A stretch of 248,000 bases of DNA from Octopus vulgaris (Eukaryota). The stretch lies in assembly GCA_951406725.2 (NCBI GenBank), contig OX597814.1:169156001-169404000 (forward strand). The letters are read 5' to 3'. Below, in pieces: positions 1-13,419 of this stretch. The notes beneath the pieces were generated by a model. It saw only the letters and a list, made by a program, of their open reading frames with translations. It did no database searches and was not told the DNA's origin. Each line of letters opens with the position of its first letter. Position 1 is the first letter of the stretch. A program made the translations under genes and the position numbers.

Positions 1-212
1 AATACTGTTTGCTGCTTCTCTGGTGGTTGCACTTAATTAATAAACACACTAAACTGAAATAATCCTAGTTATTGCTATTACAGTCTGGCAAAGTTCTGGA
101 ACCATAGATATCATAGGAATGAATTTCTGTGCTCTACTCCCGGAACAGACAGGCCAACCAGTGCTTTAAAATCAGCACACTTGATTGACTGACAATGTAT
201 GCAGTATCTTAC

Positions 213-253
213 AGCTAGCCAATAGAGAACAGCCTGTATTTGTGATGCATAAA
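213..253 (-). CDS. Candidate small exon of unidentified host gene (xYASQIQAVLYWLA)
   Basis: ccttcag acceptor and gtaaga donor on minus strand; its phase-1 start fits the phase-1 end of the 2258-2393 candidate. No homology evidence. Confidence 0.22.
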
Positions 254-289
254 CTGAAGGCACACTCACATACAATGTTATCATCATCA

Positions 290-960
290 TCATCGTTTAA
301 CATCTGCTTTCCATGCTAGCATGGGTTGGACAATTTGACTGAGGGCTGGCGAACCAGGTTGTTGCACCAGGCTCCAATCTTGATCTAGCAGAGTTTCTAC
401 AGCCGGATGCCCTTCCTAACGCCAACCACTCCGAGAGTGTAGTGGGTGCTTTTATGTGCCACCGGCACTGGGGCCAGTCAGGCAGTACTGGCAACAACCT
501 TGCTCGAATCGTTTTACACATGCCACCGGCACAGGTGCCAGTAAGGCGATGCTGGTAATGATCATGCTTAAATGGTGCCTCTTGTGTGCCACCGGCATGG
601 AAGCCAGTTAGCTGCTCTGACAATGATCATGCTCAGATGGTGCTCTTAGCACCCTACTAGCACAGGGCTTGAGTGCCAGTAAGGCAACGCTGGTAACGAT
701 CACACTCAAATGGTGCCTTTTATGTGCCACTGGCACGGAAGCTAGTTAGCCACTCTGGCAATGATCACGCTTGGATGTTGCTCTTAGCACCCTACTAGCA
801 CGGGGCTCAAGTGCCAGTAAGGTGACGCTGATAACGATCACACTCGAATGGTGCCTTTTATGTGTCACTGGCACGCAAGCCGGTTAGCCGCTCTGTCAAC
901 GATCACACTCGTATGGTGCTCTTTGCACCCTGCTAGCACGGACACTAGTCATCGAATTTG
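290..960 (-). mobile_element. RTE 3'-tail-related dispersed repeat (5'-truncated RTE end or RTE-dependent SINE), representative copy
   Basis: Starts with catcatcgtttaacatctgctttccatgctagcatgggttgg, i.e. the (ATG)n-tailed 3' end shared with the RTE at 9052; has internal gtgccaccggcac subrepeats. Dozens of copies in the window. Confidence 0.75.
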
Positions 961-1315
961 ATATGGATATGTATCAGTGACAGCATGTGGCTTAATGATT
1001 AGAATATTCGACATATGATTCTAAGGTCATGGGTTCAATTTCCGGCGGTGCATTGTGCCACATTTTATTTTCTGTTGCTCTTGTCCACTCAGCTGGCAAA
1101 AGTGATTTGTTCATGTATTTCAAAGGGCCAGCCTTGTTATACTGAATCTCCCTGAAGACTACACGAAGGGTACACATGTCTGTGTAGTGCTCCACCGCTT
1201 GCATGTTAATTCCACCAGCAGGCTGTTCTGTTGATTGGATCAACTGGAACCATCATCGTCATAACTGATGGAGTGTAAGTAGAATGTGTATGCATGCAGA
1301 TATGCAGCTATATAT

Positions 1316-1353
<38 letters not shown>

Positions 1354-1607
1354 CTTTACGAGAGTGTATTAAGATTAAGTAAACATTTATTCTTTTATTT
1401 GTTTCAGTCATTTGACTGTGTCCATGCTGGGGTACCGCCTTTAGTTGAGCAAATCAAGCCCAGGGCTTATTCTTTGAAACCTGGTACTTATTCTTATCAG
1501 TCTCTTTTGCTGTGAACATACCAGCATCGGTTGTCAAGTGATGTTGGGATTACAAACACAGATGCACAAACATACACCCACATATATATGTGTACATATC
1601 TATCTAC

Positions 1608-1672
<65 letters not shown>

Positions 1673-1787
1673 AATCTATCTATCTATCTGTCTGTCTGTC
1701 TATATCGCTTCTATTTTCTTTCCTCCACCTCACTCTCTATTTTGTATCCTATCTAAATTAACTTTTACTTAACCATCCTCTCACACC

Positions 1788-1839
1788 ATCTCTGATGAAG
1801 AGATATAATTAATAAATATCCTGGAAACAGCTGTAAGAC
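1788..1839 (+). ncRNA. Type I hammerhead ribozyme motif (Penelope-associated)
   Basis: TCT-CTGATGA-AGAGATAT..ATATCCTG-GAAAC-AGCT-GTA-AGA: intact core, palindromic stem III, GUA cleavage triplet, stem I TCT/AGA. Confidence 0.6.
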
Positions 1840-2257
1840 TTTATATCTATAAATGTTCTAATACCTACACAGCCTTGGTTTTTTATTATTACGCAAAAAA
1901 TTCTTATATATATATATATACGATGAGTTTACTTTCAGTTTCTGTCTGCCAAATCCACTCACAAGGCATTGGTTGGCCTGAGGCTATAGTAGAAGACACT
2001 TGCCCAAGGTGCCATGCAGTGAGACTGAGCCCGGAACCATGTGGTTGGTAAGCAAGCTACTTACCACACAGCCACTCTTGCACCTATTTATGAATTGAAT
2101 TTAATAAACTTCATCAAAAATGCATTTATAATATCCACACAATAACTTGAGCAAACGCTTACTACTTCTTTGCTGATTTGATGCTAGTCCATTTCTGTTC
2201 CTGAATTTCGTTTGCTATCCAACTGAAATGTATAACTTTGTGTAATATCATACTTAC

Positions 2258-2393
2258 TTGTATCTATGGATAGCTTTAAGCTGTCATTGGATAATTGTAA
2301 GCTATCTTTTAGCTTTTGTTCTAACAGACATGTGAATGATAAGTCTTTCCTGTATATGCACATGACCAAGTATATAAATCGTTCATAAATTTT
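2258..2393 (-). CDS. Candidate exon of unidentified host gene (KIYERFIYLVMCIYRKDLSFTCLLEQKLKDSLQLSNDSLKLSIDT)
   Basis: tgcttctttag acceptor, gtaagt donor, 136 nt open frame (phase 0 to 1) in non-repetitive DNA. Confidence 0.4.
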
Positions 2394-2888
2394 CTAAAGA
2401 AGCAATTTAACATGTTTTGTTGTATTTTCTTAAGGATTGTTATTATTATTTTTTTTTTGTATGTGTTTCTAGCTGTCTTTCATTCATTTTCCAACACAAA
2501 ACTCACTTACAGCACAACATTTATTCTCTTCAGCATACATGATAACATGCTACTTAAACTGAGCCTCATAATTTTTGTCTTTTTATATTAGAGCTCATGC
2601 TTTAGCAGCTACTCATCTATTTTTTCTACCGGAAATATAATGAAGTTTTGCAACACTTTTGCTAACAAACCTATGTATACACAGGTGAAAAGTTTAGTTT
2701 AGATTGATATGAACAATATAACAGACATTGTCATTACATGCTCCTTTTGTTTTATAATAAAACCAAATACTCTGAAAGTGGTTATGTTTGTTTTCATCTA
2801 ACATCATCAGCATATAGACTGTGTAATAATATGACCAACTTGCTTTAGATACTTAATTATTTGCGGCAGGTGAGTGATGGTATATGTA

Positions 2889-3446
2889 TTGGGTTGCTCG
2901 GAAAGTTCGTGCCGATTTATAGTAGCTTACTGTTCAACTTATTTTAGAACATGGTTGATTCCATAAAATAGGATTTGACTACACCTCCATTTAGAGCACA
3001 GTTTAAGCTATCTTTTCGTGGAAGAAGGTTTATGTTCCTATAACCTGTGTTAATTCTGTAACCTTTAAAATGGAAGATAAGAAAGTTCATTTTCGGCACT
3101 TCATGCTTTGGGAACCAGACAAAAATTGCTGCAGCTTGGCTAGGATGTGTTACCCCACCCTCACCAGATATTGTTCCTTCGGATTTTCACTTATTCAGGT
3201 CTCTGCAGAATAGTCTTAATGGTAAAACTTTCAATTCCTTGGATGACATAAAAAGATACCTTGATGAATTGTTTGACATGAAACCACCTCAATTCTGGGA
3301 AGAGGGTATTTTCAAGTTAAAGGAAAGATGGAGACGCATTGTGCAACAAAATGGTTCATATTTGGTTGATTAAAAATGTAATGGTAAGTATTTATTTACC
3401 TTTTCCTTTCCTTTAAAAATTGGCATGAACTTTTCGGACAACCCAA
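2889..3446 (+). mobile_element. Internally deleted mariner (D,D34D) element
   Basis: TIRs ttgggttgctcggaaagttcgtgccg / ggcatgaacttttcggacaacccaa with TA TSD; transposase C-terminal remnant matching the PHPPYSPDIAP motif of the copy at 17200. Confidence 0.85.
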
Positions 3447-4099
3447 TACTACTGTGTGCTGCAAATTTCAGGCCTGGAGTGAAGTTTAGATGATTTACAG
3501 GCAGTTTTTCATGCCCATGTACAAATAGCATGGGTATTATACTTATCATGCAAAAACATAACTTTATTATAATAATTTGAATGCTTAGTTATACATTAGT
3601 TAACTTGGACAATAGATATACAGTACTTAATGTCATATAAGACACATTCCCTTTTTTTTGCCAAAGAAAATCTCCGAAAACACACCCTGGTTTCTATGTG
3701 TCTAGTTGGGTCTGTATGTCATGCATTAAGGCAATAAATCTTTTTTTCCCTGAATATGCACTGCTGAAATTGAGATGCATTTAATGTATCTGTGCATCTT
3801 TTATGCCATCAAGTACAGTAACTTCCTTCTGGTCATGCTGTCAGAATTATGGCTACACACTTGGAACCAGGTAAACAATAGGTAACATTTAATTCTTGTG
3901 TATATGCACATGTGTAATGTACAATACACACTTCTGGAAAAAGTGACTATTGTACATGGTTATCATGTTTGGTTTCAAGTTGGCTCATGAACTCAAAACT
4001 GCAGTGAGCATTTTCATCCATCTCCCCACAATACTTATCTCATTTTACTACCTTACAATACACAGACATTCCTTCAGTTCATTCATTTATCTTCTGTCT

Positions 4100-4400
4100 A
4101 CTTTGTCTACGAATAACTGCTAGCATTAATTTCTTTACGTAGAAAGGAAGGAATTTCAACCATGTTTCATGGTCTGCTACCACAACAGCTCCTTTATAGG
4201 ATCTAGTTCACTCAAGACATCATCCAGAGGAACCACGTCCAGTTTCGCCCCCTACTCCTCTACCGTTTTGATGTGGTGGGCCCCCGCCCCTCTTTCGGGG
4301 GTGTCTTCAGCTCTGGTGTTGGGTGCATGTCTTCTTTCTTCTTCTTTCTTCTGTTCCCTGGCCTCTTTGATGTAGCATCAATGAGTGTCAGCGGGCGACT
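4100..4400 (-). mobile_element. Penelope-like fragment with degenerate hammerhead motif
   Basis: Minus strand shows CTGAAGA-CACCCC...AGGGGC-GAAAC following a short basic ORF end. Confidence 0.4.
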
Positions 4401-6589
4401 GACTGTCTTGTCAAATTTCCCTTTAAATACCTGCTGCTAGGCTCCAGCAGGCAGCCCCAGCAAGTTGTCATGTAACAGTGTCTCAACTTTAACTGACCAA
4501 TGAAGGTGCGTAGTCTTAGCCCAGGCATTCTCTAAATGAGACCGTCACCTGTCAATCAGCGAAGCTAATTCAGTGTCAGCTTGTCTCACCTAGTGATGTT
4601 ATTTTCTTGCTGGTATGTTATGACTTTCAAGCCATTTTTGGTCTTCCCGCTTCAGTCACTCAATCCCTACCCTTTTACTGTACCCTTTATCTCATGTGCT
4701 CTTTCTGTTGAATTATGCCCTAAGTCTGTCTGAATTATGTTTTCATGGATGACAAACCAATCATACACTTTTAGTTATCTACCATCCATTGTTCAATCAA
4801 TTACATTGTGTAACACTATTTTTGTCCTTGAGTAGCAACTGTTATTTCCTACTTGCTTACCTCTAGAAAGTATGAAAAATTGCTAATATTTCCTTCAAAC
4901 TTTGCTTCTATTACATTTATTCAAACCCCAAAGAATCCCTCTCATTGCATGGCTATGATGTTCTCTCACTATCCCTGTTCATCAGCAGAGATACACATAT
5001 TATCAGCCATTAAGGGGCATGCTGAAGTGGTTAAGGTCAAGTAACTGACAAGCAAATCTGTGGTATTGAGCAGAATATTTGCTATAACAATATTTCTGCT
5101 CCATTCTGCTATAAGGCGGCAAGCTGGCAGAAACATTAGCATGCCGGACGGAATGCTTAGCGGTATTTCGTCTGCCACTATGTTCTGAGTTCAAATTCTG
5201 CCAAGGTCGTCTTTGCCTTTCATCCCTTTCAGGGTCGATAAATTAAGTACTAGTTACACACTGGGGTCGATGTAATCGACTTAATCCCTTTATCTGTCCT
5301 TGTTTGTCCCCTCTATATTTAGCCCCTTGTGAGCAATAAAGAAATAAATATTTCTGCTTCAGCAACTGAATGCTAAATCTGTCTGAAATAATCATCACCA
5401 TTTAACATCTACCTTCCATGCTGGCATGGGTTGGTTGGTTTGATAGGGGCCGGCCAGGCAGAAGCTTGCACCAGACCTCTGTGTCTGTTTTAGCAACATT
5501 TTTATAGCTGGATGTATTTCCTGACACCAACCACCCAGCACTAAATGCAATGGAAAACAGATTAGTTTCAAAGCATTGATGTCCAGGTGACAAAAGCAAA
5601 GTTTGAAGGGAATAGTAGTCATTTCCTTTGATTTCTTGATAGAAGCAAATAGGAAATAACACTTACTGATGAAAGACAAAAAAAGGAAAACTTTTATTAC
5701 ACTGTATTATATGCTCCTACCCATCTACTGATGTGGTAAGTGGTCTATGATCTTGTTTATACTATCTGATGAAGCAACATGATGTTGGGGAAACTCCAGA
5801 GTAGCTATCAACTGGATAAGTCAAAGCAAAGTGTGTCTGTATGTGTGTGTATATATGTATATGCATAATCAAAGGAATGGAAAAACAGAAAAAAATTCTG
5901 CTGAAGAAAACTTAATAGTATTAACAATGACAACATTACATAGCAATGACTAAAAGGAATTTCAAAAGTCACTTTTACAACCACAGTTCATTCCTCTGAA
6001 ATGAAGAAACGAGGAACTATATATGGTAAATTAAAGACAATGAAATTAATAATTTTAATGCCTTTTGAACAATACTGAATTCACAGAAACCATGCACCAG
6101 TGATTCCAATGTGCTTCAGAGTTTTTCATTCTAAATTAACTTGTGACCTCAAATGATTACTTAAATAAGAGATCTGAATGTTCACCAAATGCAGACATAT
6201 TAAGAAATTCCTTCTGGCTATTTTTAATTGAACAATAGAATTCAATTAATTGCATAACACACTACTGTTGATTTCTGTACGTGTATTTATGGGCATGTGC
6301 CAACATAAACCTCTTATCCAACAGCCTCTTCTGCTGCCATCACACCACGTACATTACATGCTAAACAGGAATTGATTATATGCTGCCTCAGATAAAGAAT
6401 TCTTGAGTAAACACACCGTTCTAGAGAAAATCTTCATTCTGCTAAATATTGCATCAGCAGAATGCAATATTTAGCAGGAAATGTAAATTCATTCATTAAA
6501 AAAACCCCCGCTAACATCTCTCTCTTTCTCTCTCACAATCTATCTATCTACCTATCTATCTGTCGGCCTGTCTGTCTATTATTTATCAT

Positions 6590-6830
6590 CTATCTGTCCG
6601 CCTAACGATCCCTATTGATCAATTTTTTTCCTCTCCCCCTTTTTTTTACCCCCCCCCCTTTTTTGTCCTCTTTCTCTCCCTTTATGATCCCTTTTGATCG
6701 ACCCGCCCTTTTTTATTTTTATTTTTATTTTTTATTTTTTTTACCTTCAAAAGAAAAGCTCTACCTTGTAATTTGTTCTATCTGTGTGCAGCCCTGTGTG
6801 GCTAATAAAGAAACATATCTACCTGTCTGC
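6590..6830 (+). mobile_element. 3' end of Tx1/L1-like LINE
   Basis: Matches 120400-120590 and 125500-125630 (aaaagctctaccttgtaatttgttctatctgtgtgcagccctgtgtggctaataaagaaacat); flanked by (TCTA)n. Confidence 0.75.
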
Positions 6831-6873
6831 CTATCTTATCCTATCCTATCTATCTATCTGTCTGTCTGTCTGT

Positions 6874-6967
<94 letters not shown>

Positions 6968-8039
6968 GCCTGTCTATCTACCTGCCTGTCTGTCTGTCAT
7001 TACCCTTCCCTTCTGCTTCCCCACCTCTTCCATTATTCTTCTCAATGCTGTTCCCTCTGTTATTCCCTCCACTACTATCTTCGTGCAACAATAAATCCCT
7101 TTCTTCCTTCATGTCTTTTATTATCATTTACTTGTTTTAGTCATTAGACTCTGGCCACACTGTGGCACTGCCTTGAACAATTTTATTTGAATTAATCAAC
7201 CCAGTACTTATTTATTATTATTTCAAAGTCTGGTACTTATTCTACTGGTCTCCTTAGCTGAACTACTAAGTTATAGGGATGTAAACACACCAACACTGGT
7301 TGTCAAGCAGTGGTAGGACATGGGGACGCACACACACATACACACACACGGGCTGCTTTCAGTTTCCTTCTTCCGTATCCACTCACAAGGTTTTGGTCAG
7401 CCTAAGTCACTTGCCCAAGGTGACATGCTATGGAACTGAACCCAGAACCTTGTGGTTGGGAAGCAAGCTTCTTACCATACAACCCTGCCTGTACTTATGT
7501 GTATAAATGGTTAAATTATGCTTTAAAACCACGATTTGGGGTTCAAATTCTCTATGTGGCAATTTGAGAAATTATTTCCAAGTTCAGGGTGAACCAAAAT
7601 CTTGTGAGTGGATTGGTAGTTGGAAACTAAAAAAGGGCCCATCTTATTTTGCAAGTGCACATGTGCTATGATTGTGTCCCTTGTCTTGACCATGTGTGAT
7701 CGTTTTAAAACTAACATCACCATCATAAAACGGTGTCCTTTGTTTCCAGTCTTCCATGAAAACATACCTAACCAAAGGGGCTTACTTTGGAAATAGGTAG
7801 GGGTTGGTAATAGGAGGGAGAAACAGCTGTAGAAAATCTGGTTCAACAAATTCCGTCTGACCCATACAAATATGGAATACATATTTATATACACACGCAT
7901 ATAGACTTTATATTTATACATTTTATATTTCTATGTGCACATATACACATACATATTTATTTATATAAATTTTATACACACACACATGCATGTCTGTATA
8001 TATGTATGTACACACATATATATCATATCTGAGATTTAA

Positions 8040-8188
8040 AAGAACTGAATAACATTTAATTCTCATGCATATGCATCCTTAAATTTTGCTTATAAACCTG
8101 GAAAAAAAAGTTTGTTTCCATGATTTTGTTTTTGTTTTCGTTTCTCATAGTGTTCAAAATTTTTTGGGTGTCCTGTACCCATATATGC

Positions 8189-8223
<35 letters not shown>

Positions 8224-9050
8224 TGTAGGTATGAACATATATGTATATATGCATATATTTATATATTATTTATGTTATTTTATGATCGAACACCACGCAT
8301 CCATTTCCAAGTAAGTTTTATCTTAATAATTATGATGCACACTCTTAACTTTTACTAATTCTCCTCTGTCTGTCTCTCTCCCTCTCTTGTTCTTCATCCT
8401 TTCTGGTTTTCTCTCCCACCCTTCCCTATTCTTCTCCTCTCCCTTTCACCGTTCCCTCTCTCTCACTCCTCCTCCTCCCTCTCATCACTGACACGTGACC
8501 AGACGGAAGCCATCTTTCCGACTGCTATCTTCAACAAGTCAAGACGGCTTATCCCGTCCTTCTCATAAGCTGTCTCCTCTATGCATTCAAAATAATTTTT
8601 CCATCGTCTTGGCTTAACAGCTCTCATCATTTGTTTTTACTGTGTTATTCCCCGTGTCCTGTCTTCTACTGTTTTTATTTTTATTGTTTTACTGTCTTGT
8701 TTTGCTTTTACTGTCCTGTTCTTGTTACCACTTTTACCCCTCCACAAAAAATCCCAAATTTTATTTAATTTGCTTTGCAGGAAGGCCTCTTTCAACGAAG
8801 TCGCGTCTTGTCCTTACCTTCAAAACGCGGAGTAGACGAAACAGGGACAACTGAAGAAGGGGACTATTCCTTATGTTGTATGTCTTGTACTCTGTTCTTT
8901 CGTTGTTTGAAAAATAGTTCGTTTCTGTGTTTTTGTTTTTATGTTTTCGTTTCTCATTGTGTTCAACGTTTTTTTTTGTGTCCTGTACCCATATATGCAT
9001 GTATATATACATATAGATGTAGGTATGTACATATAAGTATGTATATATGC
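8040..9050. mobile_element. Non-autonomous element with internally repeated ends (Penelope-like family)
   Basis: Related copies at 218310-219290, 129380-129720 and 99100-99620; repeated tgtcctgtacccatatatgcatg motif; (TA)n flanks. Confidence 0.5.
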
Positions 9051-9051
9051 A

Positions 9052-12000
9052 TCATCATCATCATCATCATCATCATTTAACGTCCGCTTTCCATGCTAGC
9101 ATGGGTTGGACGGTTCAACTGGGGTCTGGGGAGCCCGAAGGCTGCACCAGGCCAGTCAGATCTGGCAGTGTTTCTACAGCTGGATGCCCTTCCTAACGCC
9201 AACCACTCCGAGAGTGTAGTGGGTGATTTTATGTGCCACCGACACAGGTGCCAGACGAGGCTGGCGAACGGCCACGCTCGGATGGTGTTTTTATGTGCCA
9301 CCGACACAGGTGCCAGACGAGGCTGGCGAACGGCCACGCTCGGATGGTGTTTTTATGTGCCACCGACACAGGTGCCAGACGAGGCTGGCGAACGGCCACG
9401 ATCGGATGGTGTTTCTTACGTGCCCACAGCACGGAGGCCAGTCGATGCGGTACTGGCTACGGCCACGTTCGGATGGCTTTCTTGTGTGCCACCGGCACTG
9501 GTACCACAAAGATACAAATTCCATTGATGTTCATCTATTTTGATTTGATTTGATTTGATTTTCACTTGCCTCAACAGGTCTTCACAAGTGTCACAAGAAG
9601 GAAGGAAGGTATGCACAGGTGAACTGACAACGTCCCAGGTAGGGGACCACGGGTTATGGCCTGACTAGTCTTGCCGGGTCTTCGGATGATGTTTTTATGT
9701 GCCTCCGACACAGGTGCCAGATGGATGGTGTTTGTTACGTGCCCACAGCACGGAGGCCAGTCGATGCGGTACTGTCTACGGCCACGTTCGGATGGTTTTC
9801 TTGTGTGCCACCGGCACTGGTACCACAAAGATACAAATTCCATTGATGTTCATCTATTTTGATTTGATTTGATTTCATTTGATTTGATCACTTGTCTCAA
9901 CAGGTCTTCACAAGTGTCACAAGAAGGAAGGTATGCACAGGCGGACTGACTACGTCCCAGGTAGGGGCCACGGGTTATGGCCTGACTAGTCTTGCTGGGT
10001 CTTCAGATCATGTTTTTATGTGCCTCCGACACAGGTGCCAGATGGATGGTGTTTGTTACGTGCCCACAGCACGGAGGCCAGTCGATGCGGTACTGTCTAC
10101 GGCCACGTTCGGATGGTTTTCTTGTGTTCCACCGGCCCTGGTACCACAAAGATACAAATTCCATTGATGTTCATCTATTTTGATTTGTTTTGATTTGATC
10201 ACTTGCCTCAACAGGTCTTCACAAGTGTCACAAGAAGGAAGGTATGCACAGGCGGACTGACTACGTCCCAGGTAGGGGCCACGGGTTATGGCCTGACTAG
10301 TCTTGCCGGGTCTTCAGATGGTGTTTTTACGTGCCACCGACACAGGTGCCAGATGAGGCTGGCGAACGGCCACGATCGGATGGTGTTTGTTATGAGCCCA
10401 CAGCACAGAGGCCAGTCGATGCGGTACTGTCTACGGCCACGTTCGGATGGTTTTCTTGTGTGCCACCGGCACTGGTACCACAAAGATACAAATTCCATTG
10501 ATGTTCATCTATTTTGATTTGATTTGATTTGATTTGATCACTTGCCTCAACAGGTCTTCACAAGTGTCACAAGAAGGAAGGTATGCAGGCGGACTGACTA
10601 CGTCCCAGGTAGGGGCCACGGGTTATGGCCTGACTAGTCTTGCCGGGTCTTCAGATGGTGTTTTTACGTGCCACCGACACAGGTGCCAGATGAGGCTGGC
10701 GAACGGCCACGATCGGATGGTGTTTGTTATGAGCCCACAGCACAGAGGCCAGTCGATGCGGTACTGTCTACGGCCACGTTCGGATGGTTTTCTTGTGTGC
10801 CACCGGCACTGGTACCACAAAGATACAAATTCCATTGATGTTCATCTATTTTGATTTGATTTGATTTGATTTGATCACTTGTCTCAACAGGTCTTCACAA
10901 GTGTCACAAGAAGGGAGGTATGCACAGGTGGACTGACTACGTCCCAGGTAGGGGCCACGGGTTATGGCCTGACTAGTCTTGCCGGGTCTTCGGATGGTGT
11001 CTTTATGTGCCACCGACACAGGTGCCAGATGAGGCTGGCGAACGGCCACGATCGGATGGTGTTTGCTATGTGCCCACAGCACGGAGGCCAGTCAATGCGG
11101 CACTGGCTACGGCCACGTTCGGATGGTTTTCTTGTGTGCCACCGGCACTGGTAACAAAGATACAAATTCCATTGATGATCATCTATTTTATTTTGATTTT
11201 CACTTTCACTTGCCTCAACAGGTCTTCACAAGTGTCACAAGAAGGAAGGTATGCACAGGTGGACTGACTACGTCCCAGGTAGGGGCCACGGGTTATGGCC
11301 TGACTACTCTTGCCGGGTCTTCTCATGCACAGCATACTTCCATAGGTCTCGGTCTCTAGTCATTTCCTTGGTGAGACCTAAAGTTCGAAGGTCGTGCTTC
11401 ACCACCTCGTCCCAGGTTTTCCTGGGTCTACCTCTTCCACAGGTTCCCTCAACTGCTAGGGTGTAGCACTTTTGCACACAACTATCTACAGCCATTCTCG
11501 TCACATGACCATACCAGCGCAGCCGTCTCTCTTGCACACCACAATTGACGCTTCTTAGGTTCAACTTTTCTCTCAAGGTACTTACACTCTGACGATTATG
11601 AACACTGACATTACACATCCATCGGAGCATACTGGCTTCATTTCTTGCAAGCTTACGCATATCCTCAGCAGTCACGGCCCATGTTTCACTACCATGTAGC
11701 ATGGCTGTACGTACACATGCATCATACAGTCTGCCTTTTACTCTGAGCGAGAGGCCTTTTGTCACCAGCAGGGGTAAGAGCTCTCTAAACTTTGCCCAAG
11801 CTATTCTTACTCTAGCAGTTACACTTTCAGCACACCCACCCCCGCTCCTGACTTGGTCTCCTAGGTAGCGGAAGCTATCAACTACTTCTAGTTTGTCTCC
11901 CTGGAACGTGGTAGAAGTTGGTCTCTGCACATTTCCAGTGTTTATTGCTCCTGAGCATCTGCCACGGACAAAAACTATTTTCTTAGTTAGCCTTCCTTTG

Positions 12001-12954
12001 ACATTGCTGCACCTCTTATGTGTCCATAGCTTACACTTGGTGCACCTTATAGAGTTTCTACCTACACCTTTTTTACAGATCGAGCAGGGCCATCTACCTG
12101 AAGTCGTTTGTGATTGGTCCACCTTCCTACTTATTAGGACTTTGGTTTTGGCTAGGTTGATTCTAAGGCCCTTCGATTCTAATCCTTGTTTCCACACCTG
12201 AAACTTCTCCTCCAGTTCTGATAGTGACTCAGCAATTAGAGCAAGGTCATCAGCATAGAGGAGCTCCCAGGGGCATCCTGTCTTGAATTCCTCCGTTATT
12301 GCTTGGAGGACTATGATAAATAGGAGGGGACTGAGGACTGAACCTTGGTGGACCCCAACCTCTACCCGGAATTCTTCACTGTACTCGTTGCCAACCCTCA
12401 CCTTACTAGCAGCGTCTCTGTACATGGCTTGCACAGCTCTCACTAACCATTCATCTATCCCTAGTTTCCTCATTGACCACCAGATAAGGGATCGGGGGAC
12501 CCTGTCAAAGGCTTTCTCCAAGTCAACAAAAGCCAGGTACAAGGGCTTGTCTTTGGCTAGGTATTTCTCCTGCAGCTGTCTTACCAGGAATATAGCATCA
12601 CTAGTACTTTTCCCTGGCACGAACCCAAACTGCATATCATCTAAGCTGACACTCTCTCTAATTAGTTGGGCTATAACCCTCTCCGTAACCTTCATTACCT
12701 GATCCAGCAGCTTGATGCCTCTGTAGTTATTTGTATCTAGGGCGTCGCCTTTACCTTTGTAGCAGTTGACTATTATGCTGCTACACCAGTCATTGGGTAT
12801 GACTCCCTCGTGTATCACCTGGTTAACTATACGGGTGACTAAGCTATAGCCGACACCACCAGATATTTTGAGCATCTCTGCAGTAATTCCTGATGGGCCT
12901 GGAGCTTTCCCTGTTTTCATGCTTCTAATTGCCTTATCTACTAAGGAACTGTTA
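9052..12954 (-). mobile_element. RTE-clade LINE, 5'-truncated, young copy 1
   Basis: RT ORF 11304-12954, tandem 3' UTR array, (ATG)n tail at 9052-9076; near-identical to 220479-223925. Confidence 0.95.
11304..12954 (-). CDS. LINE reverse transcriptase (RTE ORF2 C-terminal part) with embedded PHD-type zinc finger
   Basis: RT motifs FVDLEKAFDRVPR, GVHQGSVLSPLLF and LLYADDLAL; C4HC3-spaced CSICKKGVGRNSIRCTKCKLWTHKRC. The ORF-track start at 13037 runs into unrelated flank. Confidence 0.92.
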
Positions 12955-13354
12955 CACACACATACATATGTATGTAAGGATGCTGATGAGTTAATTATGA
13001 TTTTATTGAACATATTCACCATGTCAGATTCATACACTTATTGCAGCAGTCCTTCAGCTTTTCATAGCCCTGTAAAAGAACTCGGAAGTTTTGACCTTCA
13101 GCCCGACCTTTTGTGATATCCTTAAAACCCGGAGCTTTTTAGTACCTTCTCTTATATACATATATATTTTCATTATTTTTTGGTGGGGCTGATTCTCCAC
13201 TGATTCCTACACCTGATTTTCTCCCCTCCATACACACGCAAGCATATATCTGACTCATACACTGTTCACTTTCCAGGCATTTGTACATTACTGCATAAGC
13301 TTTATATGCACTTTTGACAAGTTGTGGTGCACCTGAGCACTGTATACAATAATT

Positions 13355-13419
<65 letters not shown>

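Noticed and set aside
9052-11330. CRISPR-like repeat array
   Set aside because: Units are whole 310-340-bp tandem duplicates with no unique spacers, in a eukaryotic retroelement context.
8040-13000. Apparent segmental duplication of 8-13 kb at 218-224 kb
   Set aside because: Outer flanks differ, 1.2 kb of unrelated DNA separates the two elements in the second locus, and the upstream elements are much more diverged than the RTEs. These are independent insertions.
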